This document shows positions 38,936 through 52,920 of a stretch of DNA of 64,000 nt, one piece after another. Both the position numbers and the translations under genes were made by a program. Source of the stretch: Octopus bimaculoides. Lineage: Eukaryota. Numbering within the stretch: position 1 is the first letter of the stretch; every line of letters begins with the position of its first letter. The DNA lies in the NCBI RefSeq assembly GCF_001194135.2, contig NC_068986.1, forward strand, positions 114,704,563-114,768,562. The letters are read 5' to 3'. The notes under the pieces were generated by a model. That model did no database searches, was not told the origin of the DNA, and saw only the letters and a list, made by a program, of their open reading frames with translations.

Positions 38936-41900
38936 GCTATCAGATGATAGCTGTTTGTCTGCCGTACAATGGTTCACTACTAAACCTCTGTATTATCAAA
39001 ATCCATCAGAAGTTGCTATATCTCTTTTTCCCAAAACATGACTCTTAATTCTACTCTCCTTGCAAAATAACCCATTACTGACTTCTGTGTTCTCAATTCA
39101 TATTCTGCCAGGAATTAAATCAAACTCTTCTAAGATCCAGTTTGCTTATCGTCCTTCTCAGGATCAACTTCACTTATCACTCGTGGGAATCAACTTGGTT
39201 CTCTTCAAGAGGACAACTTTAGATGGCAATTCCTTCCTGGCAACAGCTTGCGATGTTTCTTTCGGGAGTCAAATCTTTTTACTAAGAGCATTTCACCTAA
39301 TCTCTCTTTATAAACTGAAATGCATGTTAACCTTCTGTTCCTTCATAAATTGACCATATTTATAATCATCATCATCATCATCACTGGGGAACTGGAAGAA
39401 CCATTAGCATATATGAATAAATGCTTTGTGGTATTTCCTCCAACTCAGTTCTGAGTTCAAGTCCCACAGGGGTCAGCTTTGTTTTTCATCCTTTTGTGAT
39501 GGATAACATAAAGCACTAGACAAGCACTAGAGTCAATGTAATCGACTTGCCCCTCCCCTCAAAATGTTAGCCTTATGCCAAAATTAGAAACTTTATTATT
39601 GTTGTTGTTATTGTTATTGATAATGGCTGTTTGTGTTAGAATGTGTGGAGTACTGGATCAAAATGCTTTGCAGCATTTTAATCCACCTCTACATAACATT
39701 CTCCAGTACCCTCCCAACGTATTCTCTTTTGGGATCAGTACAATAAAGACCAGCCAAGTACTGAAGTTGATATCAGCTGGCTGTACCTCTCTTCCTTAAA
39801 TTTATGGTATTGTGTATACAGGAGGCATTGGATGGCAGAACTGGTAAAAGCACAGGAGATCATTTTGTTAAATCTGTTTTTAAGTTCTGAGTTCAGATCC
39901 TGCCATGGTTGGTTTAGCTTTTTTGTCTTTCTGTCGTTGATGAAATATAACCAGTCATCTAGCGAGATCGATCATGCACAAAACCAGTACCTCTGTCCTC
40001 CAAAATGAATAGCCTTGTGCCAATGTTAGAAATCATTCCATTATATAGTCGTGCTAAACCATTTTAAAAGATGTGTCTGTGTTTGTTTGTGTACATTTCA
40101 AACAGCTGGTTTGTTGGGTTTATTAAATAATTTCTTACATGTCGTTCAGCTGTTATAATGTATATATATGTATTTATATAACTGTATGTACAATACATAT
40201 TTATACATTTCAGTTTAAACATTGATATAGGGCTCAATAAGGGGAGATAATGCAACTAATATGATGCAGGCACAGTTGTGTGGTTAAGAAGTTTGCTTCC
40301 CAACCAAACGGTTTGGGGTTCAGTTTCACTGATCAACACCTTGAACAAATGTTTTTAAATTATAGCTCCAAGTTGACCAAGTCCTTGGGGGCATATTTGG
40401 AAACAGAAAGAAGCTCATCATGTGTGTGTGGTGGGTGGATGTGTCTATTTACTCTCTACCAAAGTCCCAAAATACTAGTGGTGTTTTGTCATCACATCTC
40501 TTGTCAGTGAATCATTTGCTTGCTGCACACTGTTGATGATGCGTAAAATTGGAAATCCCTCAACTTGAAAAATATGCATGGGTTAGCTACAGGAAGGGCT
40601 AGAGTACAATGCCTCGGCAGATTGTCTTTTCTTTTTGTGTCCATACAGTTTATACATACACTGCACATATTCACTTAAATGAGTCCCAGCTCAATAAAAA
40701 TGTGTTTATGTTGTGTTTCTGTGCCCTATATTCAATGAATTGTGATTCATATATTAAATACCAAGGATGATATAATATTGTAAAGGTGATCTCACAACAT
40801 GAATGACTGAAGAAGGTAGGACTAAGTACCAATGTATTTGTATGATATAAATGCCATATACATTTTAAACAGTTTAAGATATTAAGTTGTGTATTTGTAA
40901 ATTTCAATTTTAGTGAGAAAAGAAAGATTAAGGAAGAGATTTGGTGGTTCATTTTCTCATCCATTGATCTGTTGAGTTTCTATAATTTCAACTGATTGTT
41001 TAGAAATGATCAATACACAAACATATTGATGTGGTTGCAGAATCATGCATTTGTACATTTACATACACACACGCACTCACACACGTTTGTATATCATCTC
41101 TGGTATTTCTTTTAGTCTGGAATTTATTTTATATCTTACAGAACATAGGTGTACAACATAAACACATTTATAATGCATGTGTAACAATGTGTGTGTGTGT
41201 GTGTGTGTGCACATAAACTGGGCAACATCTGCATGGTTTTTGTGTACCATGTAGTTAGAAAAGACCTAGAAACATGTGGCTGTTGAGTGTACTTAACTGC
41301 ATAGCCATGCTTGTACATCCATGCACACAAACACACACACGAGATGTATGGGATAACTTTTTAAAATATAGGCGTAACTTCTCTGTGAAAACTTTTACAA
41401 ATAAAGTGATTCCACTACAGTCTTTTGCTGTCCTTGGGCAGAGAAGAGGGTCAATTTGACTCGTTTCTGGTCTTTTAAAATTTTCATCTGAGAAAGTTTA
41501 CCGTCTTCTGCTCTCAGAGAAATTAATTAGCTAAAAACTTATTAATAGTGTGTACAAAGTCGGATAGAATGAAATTGGTTTATCTAATTTGCATAAGAGT
41601 AAACACTGACAGCATGAATTAATTAAATAATTGTGCGTAACATAGTGTTTTTAGTTTGAAATGCAAAATAATACATTTTTTGACAAATATATAGCTTAGC
41701 CTCACTATTAACAAAGTGGATATAAACACAGGATTTTGGTGGAGTTTCTTTTGTTTCACACCATGGATTAACTTGTATGTTTATTATTGCAAAGATAGAC
41801 TTTACATTTCACATTATATAATAAACCACACTGTGGTTTACAATTTTAAATATATAATATATGATATTTGACGTTTACGTATAAAGATATAGAATAGATG

Positions 41901-44087
41901 GTAGTATTAAGCCATCCTCTAGGTTTCTGTTGCCACTGGGTCCCTGGATTTCATTAGCATAGTTCACAGTGCTGCAAATATTTGGGCAAGCTCTTTTATC
42001 TGTGGATTTGTATTTTCCAACCACTGTCAGTAACTCTGTAAACTCGCTTGGGCACTTCTCATTTCTCTTCTGACCAAATCATGTGAAAAAAAGGATTTGT
42101 ATGTATGCATGTGGTATGTATGTATATGTGTGCATGTAAATATGAGAGGCAGTTGATTTTTGCCTTTTCAGTATTTCTTCCAGTGTCGATAAGCACCAGT
42201 GATATATTGACTGGAGTTTATTCAATCGACAATAGGCTGTGCTTTTACAAAACCTTGGCCCTTAGACTAAACAAAAGTAAATCTATGTTTATGCATATTA
42301 ATGCACACACACACACACACGCACATACATACACACACTCTCACATGCCTACATTTCTATATTTGTGTTTGTGTGTCTGTATATATGTGTGTGTGTGTAT
42401 AAATGTATATATATGTAAGCAATATGTAATGAGCAATAATTAGCAATATTTTGTTAACTTGTGATTTTAACTTACTCTATATTTAATTATCTTTATGTTT
42501 ACCTATTTCATTTTTCCTTATTTTATGTTTGCTTGTTTATCTTATTTCCTTGGCTGCCTTATATATTTTGTATTATCTGGGCTTAGAATGAACTCCACAA
42601 CTTCATACATGCACTTGCCTGCATTCCAAACAGATATTATTTATCATCATTATTATTATTATTATTAGTTGTAGTAGTAGTAGTAGTAGTAGTAGTAGTC
42701 AAGTACTGGGGTCAATTCAACCTACTGTTTCCCCTGTCATCATCTCAAAATTGCTGGCCTTGTGCCTAAATTAGGTTTATATCATCATCATCATCATTAC
42801 ACAAGGCTGGTGGAAAAACAGAATGTTACCCAGCAGTATTTTGGGGCTTTTTTTTCTGTTTACTAAATCCAAAGCCTGCTGAGGGGTCAGTTTTGCCTCT
42901 CATTCTTTTCTGAGCTCGGGGTTGATATAATCTCCTGATATTTCAAGCCTGGAGCCTCTCAATCAGCTCTGTTGGTAGAGAAAAAAAACTCTTATCTTGA
43001 AGTTGTGGTTTCAAGTCCAACATTAAGTGGGGGGGGGGGGGTTGTTTTTTTTCTGTTTGATATGTATGTTTTGCTCTCATGGGCAACATCTTTGTTGATC
43101 CACCGGATAAAAATGCTTTATGATATGTCATTACATCTTTCAACATTCTGAGTTCAAGTCCCAATAATGTTGACTTTGCCTTTCTTCCTAGGTGGACAGT
43201 TATTAAAATCTCCACCAGTCATGTACTGGTGCTGATATAATCAACTGAAACCCCACCCTTACAAAGGAAAATTTTGTGCCTATGTAAGAAATTTTCATCA
43301 TCATCATTATTATTATTGGATCATAATGGAGGATGTTGATGCAAGTTAATATCTCGGTAACCTATGTCCTTGGTTTCAATCTTCAGTTGGAGTCAGTTCA
43401 CACCACTCCTAATGCTTCTTGTAAACGCTTGAATACTACATCTCATTTTGTTTTTATAATCATTCAGTGTGTGTGTGTTGTGTTTCAGATGATAGTGTTG
43501 CTCTTAATTACTCCAAGAAGTAAATCTAACCAGTGAAGGCCACAAATTTTGAAGTTCAAATCCTGCCAGGGCCAACTTTGCCCTTTGTTCCTTTGGGAGT
43601 CAATAAAAGAAGTACCAGTAATACTCTGAGGAGTATTGATTCAATAAACTATATTACTTGAAGGTTTTCGATAGAAGGCACAGCAGCCCTAGATTGTTAA
43701 TAATGTTACAAGTGCTGCAGTTATATTTTGTTTTATTAATCAACTCGCATCTGCTGGTGTTAGTAACTATCGTCATCAGCATTATTATTATTGTTATTAT
43801 TATTATAATTATTATTAAGACCAGTGGATTGTCAGAATTGTTCATGTTAGGAAAAGTAGTACCTCATGGTATTTCTTCAACTTCTTTACATTCTGAGACC
43901 AGTCTGGTAAAATTTCAGACTTTGTGCTTATGTTATAAACAGTTGTAGTAGTAGTAGCCATAGTAGTATAATGTGGCAAATTTTAGCAGAACGTAGGATA
44001 CTTTGAGTATTTGCTGTGGCTCTCTGCACTGTGGGTTCAAATCTCACTATGATCAGATTGATAATAATGTATCAATAGAAAACTGGT

Positions 44088-44137
<50 letters not shown>

Positions 44138-44177
44138 CCTCTCTCTCTCTCTCTCCCTCCCTCTCTCNNNNNNNNNN

Positions 44178-44211
<34 letters not shown>

Positions 44212-45439
44212 TCTCTCTCAACTGACTGTGTCTTAGCTGAGGAGTGGCACCACTCATAACTTCTCGTTTAGGCACCAAATGCCTGCCTTTGTCAAATTAG
44301 ATCTTTGATTAGGATTGGTAGAAGTATTTGCCAAAAGACCAAGCAACAAGCTGTAGGCATTCTTGGCAGAATCATTAAGGCATTGGACAAATGTCTTGCA
44401 GTAGTGAGTTGGGGTCCATTATGTTTTGAGTTCAAATCCCACAGGCTTTGCTTTTCCTCATTTTGAGGATCAATACCAGGTGCATCTTTTGGTTGATGTA
44501 ATTGACTAACCCCCCCCCTCCCCCACACACACATTTGTGGCCTTGTGCCTCTGTATGAAATTATTATTACTACTACAACTGTGTTGTGTGGTGGCAGAAA
44601 CAGGAATATAAGACTAAGTGACTTTTTGTATTTGGTTCCGTCCTGCTAAATTGTAAGCTTAAATCTCATCAGTGCTGATGTGTACCAGTCACATCTTTGG
44701 GTTCAATTATATTGGTTATGTATTTCATTAACTTGTGGCATTGTATGGAAAAAAAAAAAAAATATCATTACTATCATTATTAAGGTGGCTGAAAAAATTG
44801 ATAGAGCATGAGGTCCCATGTCTTGTGGTTCTGTGACCTGGGTTCTAATCTCCACTACGGAATTTGCTTCTCACCCTCCAAGTATTGAGGAGCTGTTAAA
44901 CTGACTCTGAAAACAATTTTTGTGGTCTTATGCCGGTGTTAAAATTCATTGTTTTTAGTAGAGTGGTGGCTAAATTGCCTTGCAATTTTTATCATACTTC
45001 TTTAACATTCTGAGTTCAAATCCTACCAACATCATTTTCTACCTTCATTTATCTGTGGTCATTAAAAAGTATAAGCCAAATACTAGGCTTGCTATAATCA
45101 ATTGCCCTCCACCCCACAGATTTTTGGTCCTTTTGCTTGTTAGAAATTGTTATTTGCTATGGAGTAAACATAGGGGTCAGGCATCCGTGTTAGATGCTTT
45201 GCTGTATCTTGCCCAAGGGTCGTCAATAAATCTAACTTTGAATTCTACTTTGGTCTGTTTTCTCATTAAATACACAAGACACTTGATACACATGCATTTA
45301 TACATACCTGTATTTATGTATATAGAAGTGAATATATTGGAGGGTCTGCAAAGGCCATGGGCATGGTCCCTTTAACCCAGATCAATGAAGACAGACACCA
45401 CACACATACAAATGTAAAAAAGAAAAAAAAGGGACAGAT

Positions 45440-45760
45440 TGGCACTCTGTTGGTTACAGTGACATGGGCTTTGGTTGATCCAGTCAGTGGAACATCCTGC
45501 TCATGAAATTAATGTGCAAGTGGCTGAGTACTCCACAGACGTGTACTCTCAATGTAGTTCTCAGGAAGATTCAGTGTGACACAGAGTGTGACAAGGTTGA
45601 CTCTTTGAATTACAGGTACACCTCATTTTTGCCAGCTGAGTAAAATGGAGCAATGTGAAATAAAGTGTCTTGCTCAAGGATACAATGCACCAGCAGGATT
45701 CAAACTCACGTTACAACCATAAGCCAAATCCTGTAACCACAAAGCCTTATGCTTTCATTA
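45440..45760 (-). mobile_element. tRNA-head CORE/V-like SINE
   Basis: Reverse complement gives GAGTTTGAATCC (B box) and TCCTTGAGCAAGACACTT. The body GTGAAATTAA.GTGCAAGTGGCTGAG.ACTCCACAGAC is shared with 55629-55813. Confidence 0.75.
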
Positions 45761-45830
45761 CAGATATAGGCATTTACACATTTACTCACAAGAACCAACA
45801 TAGTTAAGTCTTCATTGTTTTCTCAAATCT

Positions 45831-46027
45831 AAGGTGGTGAGCTGGTGAAATGCTGAGCGGTATTTCGTCTGTCTTTACGTTCTAAGTTCAAATTCCACCA
45901 AGGTCGACTTTGCCTTTCATCCTTTCGGGGTTGATAAACTAAGTACCAGTTGCGTACTGGGGTCGATCTGATCGACTGGCCCCCACCCCCAGAATTTCAG
46001 GCCTTGTGCCTAGAGTAGTAAAAATTA
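45831..46027 (+). mobile_element. Deu/Nin-like SINE with a 13-bp target-site duplication
   Basis: TTTTCTCAAATCT at 45818-45830 and 46028-46040. The body is very similar to the 13767 copy. Confidence 0.9.
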
Positions 46028-47913
46028 TTTTCTCAAATCTGTAATGTTTTCTGGTCATATACAAATTGTCAAGAGCTATTGTGAAAATGACCAACACATT
46101 TGTATGGGAAGAGGGATGTGGATATCTTGTCCTAACATTTAGAATGTCTTCTAAAGTCAGCTTCTGTATTTAGCAGTTATGTAGAACCCTTTTTTTTTCT
46201 ATGCTGGGATTAAGGTTTTGAAATGGAAATAATGGAAACCAATAATGAAGATGTTGTTTATTTAAAACCCTTTAGGCAACCATATCCACTAATGCAGTTG
46301 AATAAAATTATCCATAAAGCTTGGCTACACACCACAACCTGCTGTAGGGACACTGAATAATGTAAGCCTGTAAAAACGGTGGTTGTTGGGGCAAGACAGC
46401 ATGGTCATGGTTGAAATGCCTTCTTTGATTGGTCCATTCACACAGGGCCAATCTGCGGCTAAATAACAACAGTTGAAACATACAGTTTTATTGTGTTTTA
46501 CTCCAATACAAAATGGGCAAAATTGAAAGGGGAAAATAACCTTACTGGGTTTACATTACTGATTGGGTTCATATCTCAAAGTAACCAAATTTACATTCCA
46601 GTTAGGAAGGGGTGTGCGTTGTTTTTGTCAGCATTGTGCTCCAGTTTATTTTTATTTATTATTATTGTTATTATTGAAACCAAACAAAATCACACATCAT
46701 CATCATTTTTATTATCATCATCATCATTTGATTACTGGATTCAGGTTTTCTTTGCCAGAAAGACACCAGTGTATGCAGGTGTGTTTATGTGTGTGTGTGA
46801 TATGATGTAGTGACCTTAATTCATGGTTGGGCATATGTGATGATGAGAAGCTGGACAACTGAGGTGCAATCAACAACCCAAATATACCTTAAAAACAAAG
46901 AGGACATAGTTTTCATTTGAATTAATGTCAAAACTGTTTTTCATTAAATGGCATAGAAGCTGAGGATCATAGGTTCATGGTCCATGTTGAGTGAATGGAA
47001 GATATATGAGTGAATGGATTCAGCAAACTCACTAACAGAAACTATGCAGGTCAGATGGAGGATAAACATTGAAAGAGATTGGTGGGAAGATGAGTGTTAG
47101 CTGTTAGTGTGATATATCAATGGGAGGAGTTACATCGAAGACAGACTGGCACCAGTTTATTGGATCTCAAATGCAAATATTGGAAGGAAACCTTGTTGGA
47201 TGGAAATTTCAGAATAGACATTGGTCCGTGTGTTTGTGTGTATAGTTAAGAGGTTTTCTTCACAATCACATAGTTTTTAGGTTTGTTCCCTTTTGAGGAA
47301 TGAGTCTTCAATTATACTCTGAGGTAGAACCAAGCCTTGTGAGTGAAATTAGATAGATGGAAACTGTACAGAAGCCCATTGGATGGATTGTATATCTGTT
47401 CTTGGTTGATAGACTCAGTCCACTTTTCCAGTTTAACACGATCTTGTCTTTAACCATATTTAGGAAAGCCTGCTCTGTTGTATCCGTCTTAAGGAATTAG
47501 ACTTGATGTCTCCAAGTTAAACACCACCACCAATACACTCATTAGGTGTATCTAGCAGAGTTCAATGTGTGGCAGGAATTCAGACCTAGTCTGAGAATGC
47601 TAAGAGCTTTCTCAGAGATCCTACAAGAACGCCATCTGTGCTGCAATCCTGCTTCTGACTATGTAAAGATTTTAGCATAAAATAAATAAAATTAATGTTG
47701 CATTGCACAGTTATTTGGTATCTCAGATCTGTACAACCAACCCACACTCCTTTGGATGAGATTTTCAATGGGTACTGAACAAATGATGATGATGATAGTT
47801 CCTTGTTAATTTTCATAAGAATGGTGATATATTTATCTATGCTGTATTGAAAATTTCTTGAGCTCAAAGCCTTAATTTGTAAGCATGTGGGCAGAGCTAA
47901 GGATGATGAAGGA

Positions 47914-47969
<56 letters not shown>

Positions 47970-48523
47970 TAATTTTTCCATAAAAGCATAGAGCCTCAGG
48001 ATTGACACGATGGGGTTCAACTGTGTTCTATATGCCCTTCTAAGTAGCAATACTTATAGACTAACCAAATGTAGCAGATTGACAGAATAGTTGGTGTGTC
48101 AGACAAAATACCTTTTGGTCTATTCTTAGAGCTCTTTGTTTCTGGGTTCAGATCCCATCAAAGTTGACTTTGCCTCTCACCCTCTCAGGGTCAATAAAAC
48201 AAGTTACATTCAAGCACTGGCTTTAATCTAATAAGCTTTCCTTTATATGTGAACCCTAGAGCCATTGTCAAGGTTCAGTAATTTTATGGACTAATGAGAC
48301 AAAGTTTACGTGCAACTGCATTATAACTCCTGCACTTAATAGAAGGTTGTGGAGGTTGTCAGTTCAAGCCCAGCATGTAGAATCTGGATGAGGGTGTTAA
48401 TAAGGGGAAGTACCAGTATTAATTAATTTTACTCTAAACAATTAAACTACATTTTTACAGCTGCGAACACAACAGTTCAATCTAAAATCTAGCAAATAGA
48501 CACACAGCTTTTGAGATGGGTGC

Positions 48524-48583
<60 letters not shown>

Positions 48584-48678
48584 TATTTTAAATTTTATTT
48601 ATTTTAATATTTTTTATTTAATTTATTTTTATTTCTCTTTTTTTTTTTGGTCTGTTTAATTTCAATTTTTTTTTTCAG

Positions 48679-48698
48679 ATTTTCAATTCATAAGTTGA
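48679..48698 (+). CDS. Candidate terminal exon start: (D)FQFIS* followed by a putative 3' UTR
   Basis: AG-free zone 48516-48676, TTTAAT branch-like motif at 48655-48660 and a (T)10CAG acceptor. The phase-1 frame stops at TGA 48696-48698. Confidence 0.45.
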
Positions 48699-49014
48699 GG
48701 ACATTTGGTTGACTCTGATAACTTTTAAAGAAAAATATACACGCACTCATACAAATATATATATATATACACACACAATGTGTGTGTGTGTATGTATGTG
48801 TGTGTATATTTATAGAAGAATCTATGTATATACACTTATATGTACATAGAAATGTACATATTTCAATACGAGTATATACATACATACAAACACACACACA
48901 TACATATACACAATTGCACTCACACACACATACAAACACACAATATTTGGTGGACTTCCCAAAATGTGAAGATGTTGAATGCAGGATTAAATACTTTACA
49001 ATTATTACTATTAC

Positions 49015-49066
<52 letters not shown>

Positions 49067-49672
49067 CCATTTCTTTACATTAACTACATCCATATATTAT
49101 ATGTACATATATATAATATATGTATGTTCGTATATGTGTGTTTGTATATAAACATATCCATGCATATACACGTATACATGCATATATATATATATATGCA
49201 GTTTCTATGACGATCATTTTAAATCACATTTAAAATAAAAATAAAACATTTTAACTGAAAACTTGAAACATGAGAATTGCCATTCTAATTTTTCCAATCA
49301 ACCCTCCTCCCTTTCACACCACAACACCACTGTTCACCCGCACCTGAACCAACATTATTTAATTGCTGTTTTTATTATTATTATTACTATTATTATTATT
49401 ATATCTTCATCCCGCCTTTTTAATTAATCTTCCCCCACCCCACTTCCACTCAAATGTATAAAGAAAAAAATGGTGAGAATAAAGTAATAAACCAAAGAAA
49501 ACCAATTCATGGTGGGGTGTGAAGGGGCTGCAAATTTATAGAACAAAATTATCCACATATTTAAATGACAAAAAATATTTTAAAAAATTGTATTGAAAAA
49601 GACTTAAAAATGATAAATAATTAAAACAAAATATTTGGACAATTTTCTTTTAATTTTGATTTATTATTGCTA

Positions 49673-49727
<55 letters not shown>

Positions 49728-51158
49728 NNNNNNNNNNNNNNNNNNNNNNNNNNNNNNNNNNNNNNNNNNNNNNNNNNNNNNNNNNNNNNNNNNNNNNNNN
49801 NNNNNNNNNNNNNNNNNNNNNNNNNNNNNNNNNNNNNNNNNNNNNNNNNNNNNNNNNNNNNNNNNNNNNNNNNNNNNNNNNNNNNNNNNNNNNNNNNNNN
49901 NNNNNNNNNNNNNNNNNNNNNNNNNNNNNNNNNNNNNNNNNNNNNNNNNNNNNNNNNNNNNNNNNNNNNNNNNNNNNNNNNNNNNNNNNNNNNNNNNNNN
50001 NNNNNNNNNNNNNNNNNNNNNNNNNNNNNNNNNNNNNNNNNNNNNNNNNNNNNNNNNNNNNNNNNNNNNNNNNNNNNNNNNNNNNNNNNNNNNNNNNNNN
50101 NNNNNNNNNNNNNNNNNNNNNNNNNNNNNNNNNNNNNNNNNNNNNNNNNNNNNNNNNNNNNNNNNNNNNNNNNNNNNNNNNNNNNNNNNNNNNNNNNNNN
50201 NNNNNNNNNNNNNNNNNNNNNNNNNNNNNNNNNNNNNNNNNNNATAATTAAACCAAACAATGACGCAATCTTTTTTCAAAAGAAAGAAAAAAAAAGACAA
50301 AAACATTTTTCCTTTTTTTTTTTTGGGTATTTAAAAATAAATGTGAAGAAAAGGAACTATAAACTGGACCCCTTCATTAAATGAAGGGTATACAGAGCCA
50401 AATTAATTGTTTCTAAATCCCTGCCCCACCAAAAAAAAAAAAAAAAAATCACTCCCGCAAAATCTTGTTATTTTTTTTTTATACGCCCCACATCCACACA
50501 ACCACATTCTTCTAAATGGTTGAAGTTAAGTGTTATATAATGTTTGACTGTAAGTGTGTGTATAAATTTGATCTTTTTTTGCTAAAACACGGTGCCAACA
50601 ATATCGGTAAAGCAATATGACTTTGATTTTTAAAATTTTAAAATAATTAAAAGATAAAAACACAAAAACACTATGTATATGTGTGTGTGTATGTGCGTGT
50701 GTGTGTGTGTGTGTGCATGTGTGTGTGTGTATACACACACGTGTACATATATATATATATCTAAAGTAAATCTATCACAAGTATGTATATGTGTACATGT
50801 ATATATGTACATAAGTTTGTGTTTGCATATACATATATAATTTATCACATGTGGATGTGTGGATGTGTGCATATATAACATCAAGTGTGAATAAGTGTTT
50901 ACATATTCATATATAGTTTATAATTATGTGTGGCATATTAAAATTATACATGTGCATACTTACACATGAATGATTATATATATACATACATACTTCAGTG
51001 TACAACATGGGTAGAATACCCAATACACGCAGACATTATTTATCAGTTTGAAGGTGACAGTTCATGGCACCAATACTACAGTTTCACATTTGTGTATCTT
51101 TGTTGTACATAAGTGAGGAACTCAGGTAGCAATGGAATGGTTTAACAGCTGTGACTTC

Positions 51159-51204
<46 letters not shown>

Positions 51205-51214
51205 NNNNNNNNNN

Positions 51215-51259
<45 letters not shown>

Positions 51260-51767
51260 CTTTCATACAAGCATTTAAGCATGATATATACATACATTAA
51301 TTCATATTGAAGTTTTAACATCTTACACAGTTTAAATATACATACTCATGTTAGCAAAATATATGTATGTGTATACACACTGAAGTATGCATATTTATCT
51401 GCTTGTGTGTGTGAGTATATGCACACATTTTACATGGGTCTTTTACACTCAGTTATACATTGTTTATTATATAATTGTGTGTAATGTTTTCTCTCCAAGT
51501 GAGCCTTAATTGTTATACTATATAATAATCATTTGGTAAGATACTCTAATAAAAAAAGAAATAACCTACACATGTTCACATACAGATATAAGCATACACA
51601 CACTTTTACATGCTGTCATACACATTCACATATACACTCTTACACACATTCACTCATACCACTACCACCTCCTCTTCACTCTCATAAAAAAAACTGATTA
51701 TACTCCTCTAATACAAGTAGCATCACTAGGCAACAAAGTGACATCATATTAGTACATACACACACGC

Positions 51768-51823
<56 letters not shown>

Positions 51824-52226
51824 NNNNNNNNNNNNNNNNNNNNNNNNNNNNNNNNNNNNNNNNNNNNNNNNNNNNNNNNNNNNNNNNNNNNNNNNNNNNN
51901 NNNNNNNNNNNNNNNNNNNNNNNNNNNNNNNNNNNNNNNNNNNNNNNNNNNNNNNNNNNNNNNNNNNNNNNNNNNNNNNNNNNNNNNNNNNNNNNNNNNN
52001 NNNNNNNNNNNNNNNNNNNNNNNNNNNNNNNNNNNNNNNNNNNNNNNNNNNNNNNNNNNNNNNNNNNNNNNNNNNNNNNNNNNNNNNNNNNNNNNNNNNN
52101 NNNNNNNNNNNNNNNNNNNNNNNNNNNNNNNNNNNNNNNNNNNNNNNNNNNNNNNNNNNNNNNNNNNNNNNNNNNNNNNNNNNNNNNNNNNNNNNNNNNN
52201 NNNNNNNNNNNNNNNNNNNNNNNNNN

Positions 52227-52276
<50 letters not shown>

Positions 52277-52920
52277 TATTTTCAGTCAGCCGAAATCAAA
52301 CTGGCTGAAATTACAAGTTTGAACAAACACTACCATTTGTATCTTCAGTCAGTTATTTTATACTGTACTCCCAGTATTGAATACTTTTTCTCTTGCTCAT
52401 TATTATTAACATACATATGTGTGTGTGTATGTATATTCTTACATATATGCAACCATATTTGTCCATAAAAGTGCAAAAAAAAACAAAAAACAAAGCAAAA
52501 CAAGTTGACAAAACAAAATGTCCATATTTGGAGAGGACTTGTCTGGTGTCACTTCCTGTTGTCCAGCCCGATACCTGTGTGGAGATTTGTCAGTGTGAGT
52601 GGGATGAAGCAGTGTGTTGTCACTTCCATCAGATTGCCTCAAATTTGGTGATAGATCTGTTTTTTTTTGTTGTTGTTTTTTTTCCTGCAATTTACAATGT
52701 TTTTTTGTTCCATTCTCTCTCTATCCCCTCTCTCTTTTGTCCCTCTCTCTCTGTCTCTATCCCCCTCTCTATCTCTCAATTGGCCTTGTGATGAACTGAA
52801 CTTTAAAAAATATAAATGAAATATTAAAAAAAAAAATTCTAAAAAGTGGAAAAAAATATGAAAAAAATTGAAAAAATATATAAATTCTTTTATTGGAATA
52901 AAGATTTCAAGTATTGGAAA
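48699..52920 (+). other. Putative long 3' UTR of the Musashi gene
   Basis: Follows the 48679 acceptor. A/U-tract-rich, with no SINE copies recognised by eye (unlike the flanking introns), and AATAAA at about 52897-52902. Confidence 0.3.

Noticed and set aside
41920-41960. cctctAG followed by GFCCHWVPGFH*
   Set aside because: Contains GGGTCCCTGGATTTCA, also present at about 33757, so it is probably a repeat fragment.
52540-52600. gtccAG...GTGAGT exon-like segment
   Set aside because: Short pyrimidine tract, no Musashi similarity, and it lies inside the putative UTR.
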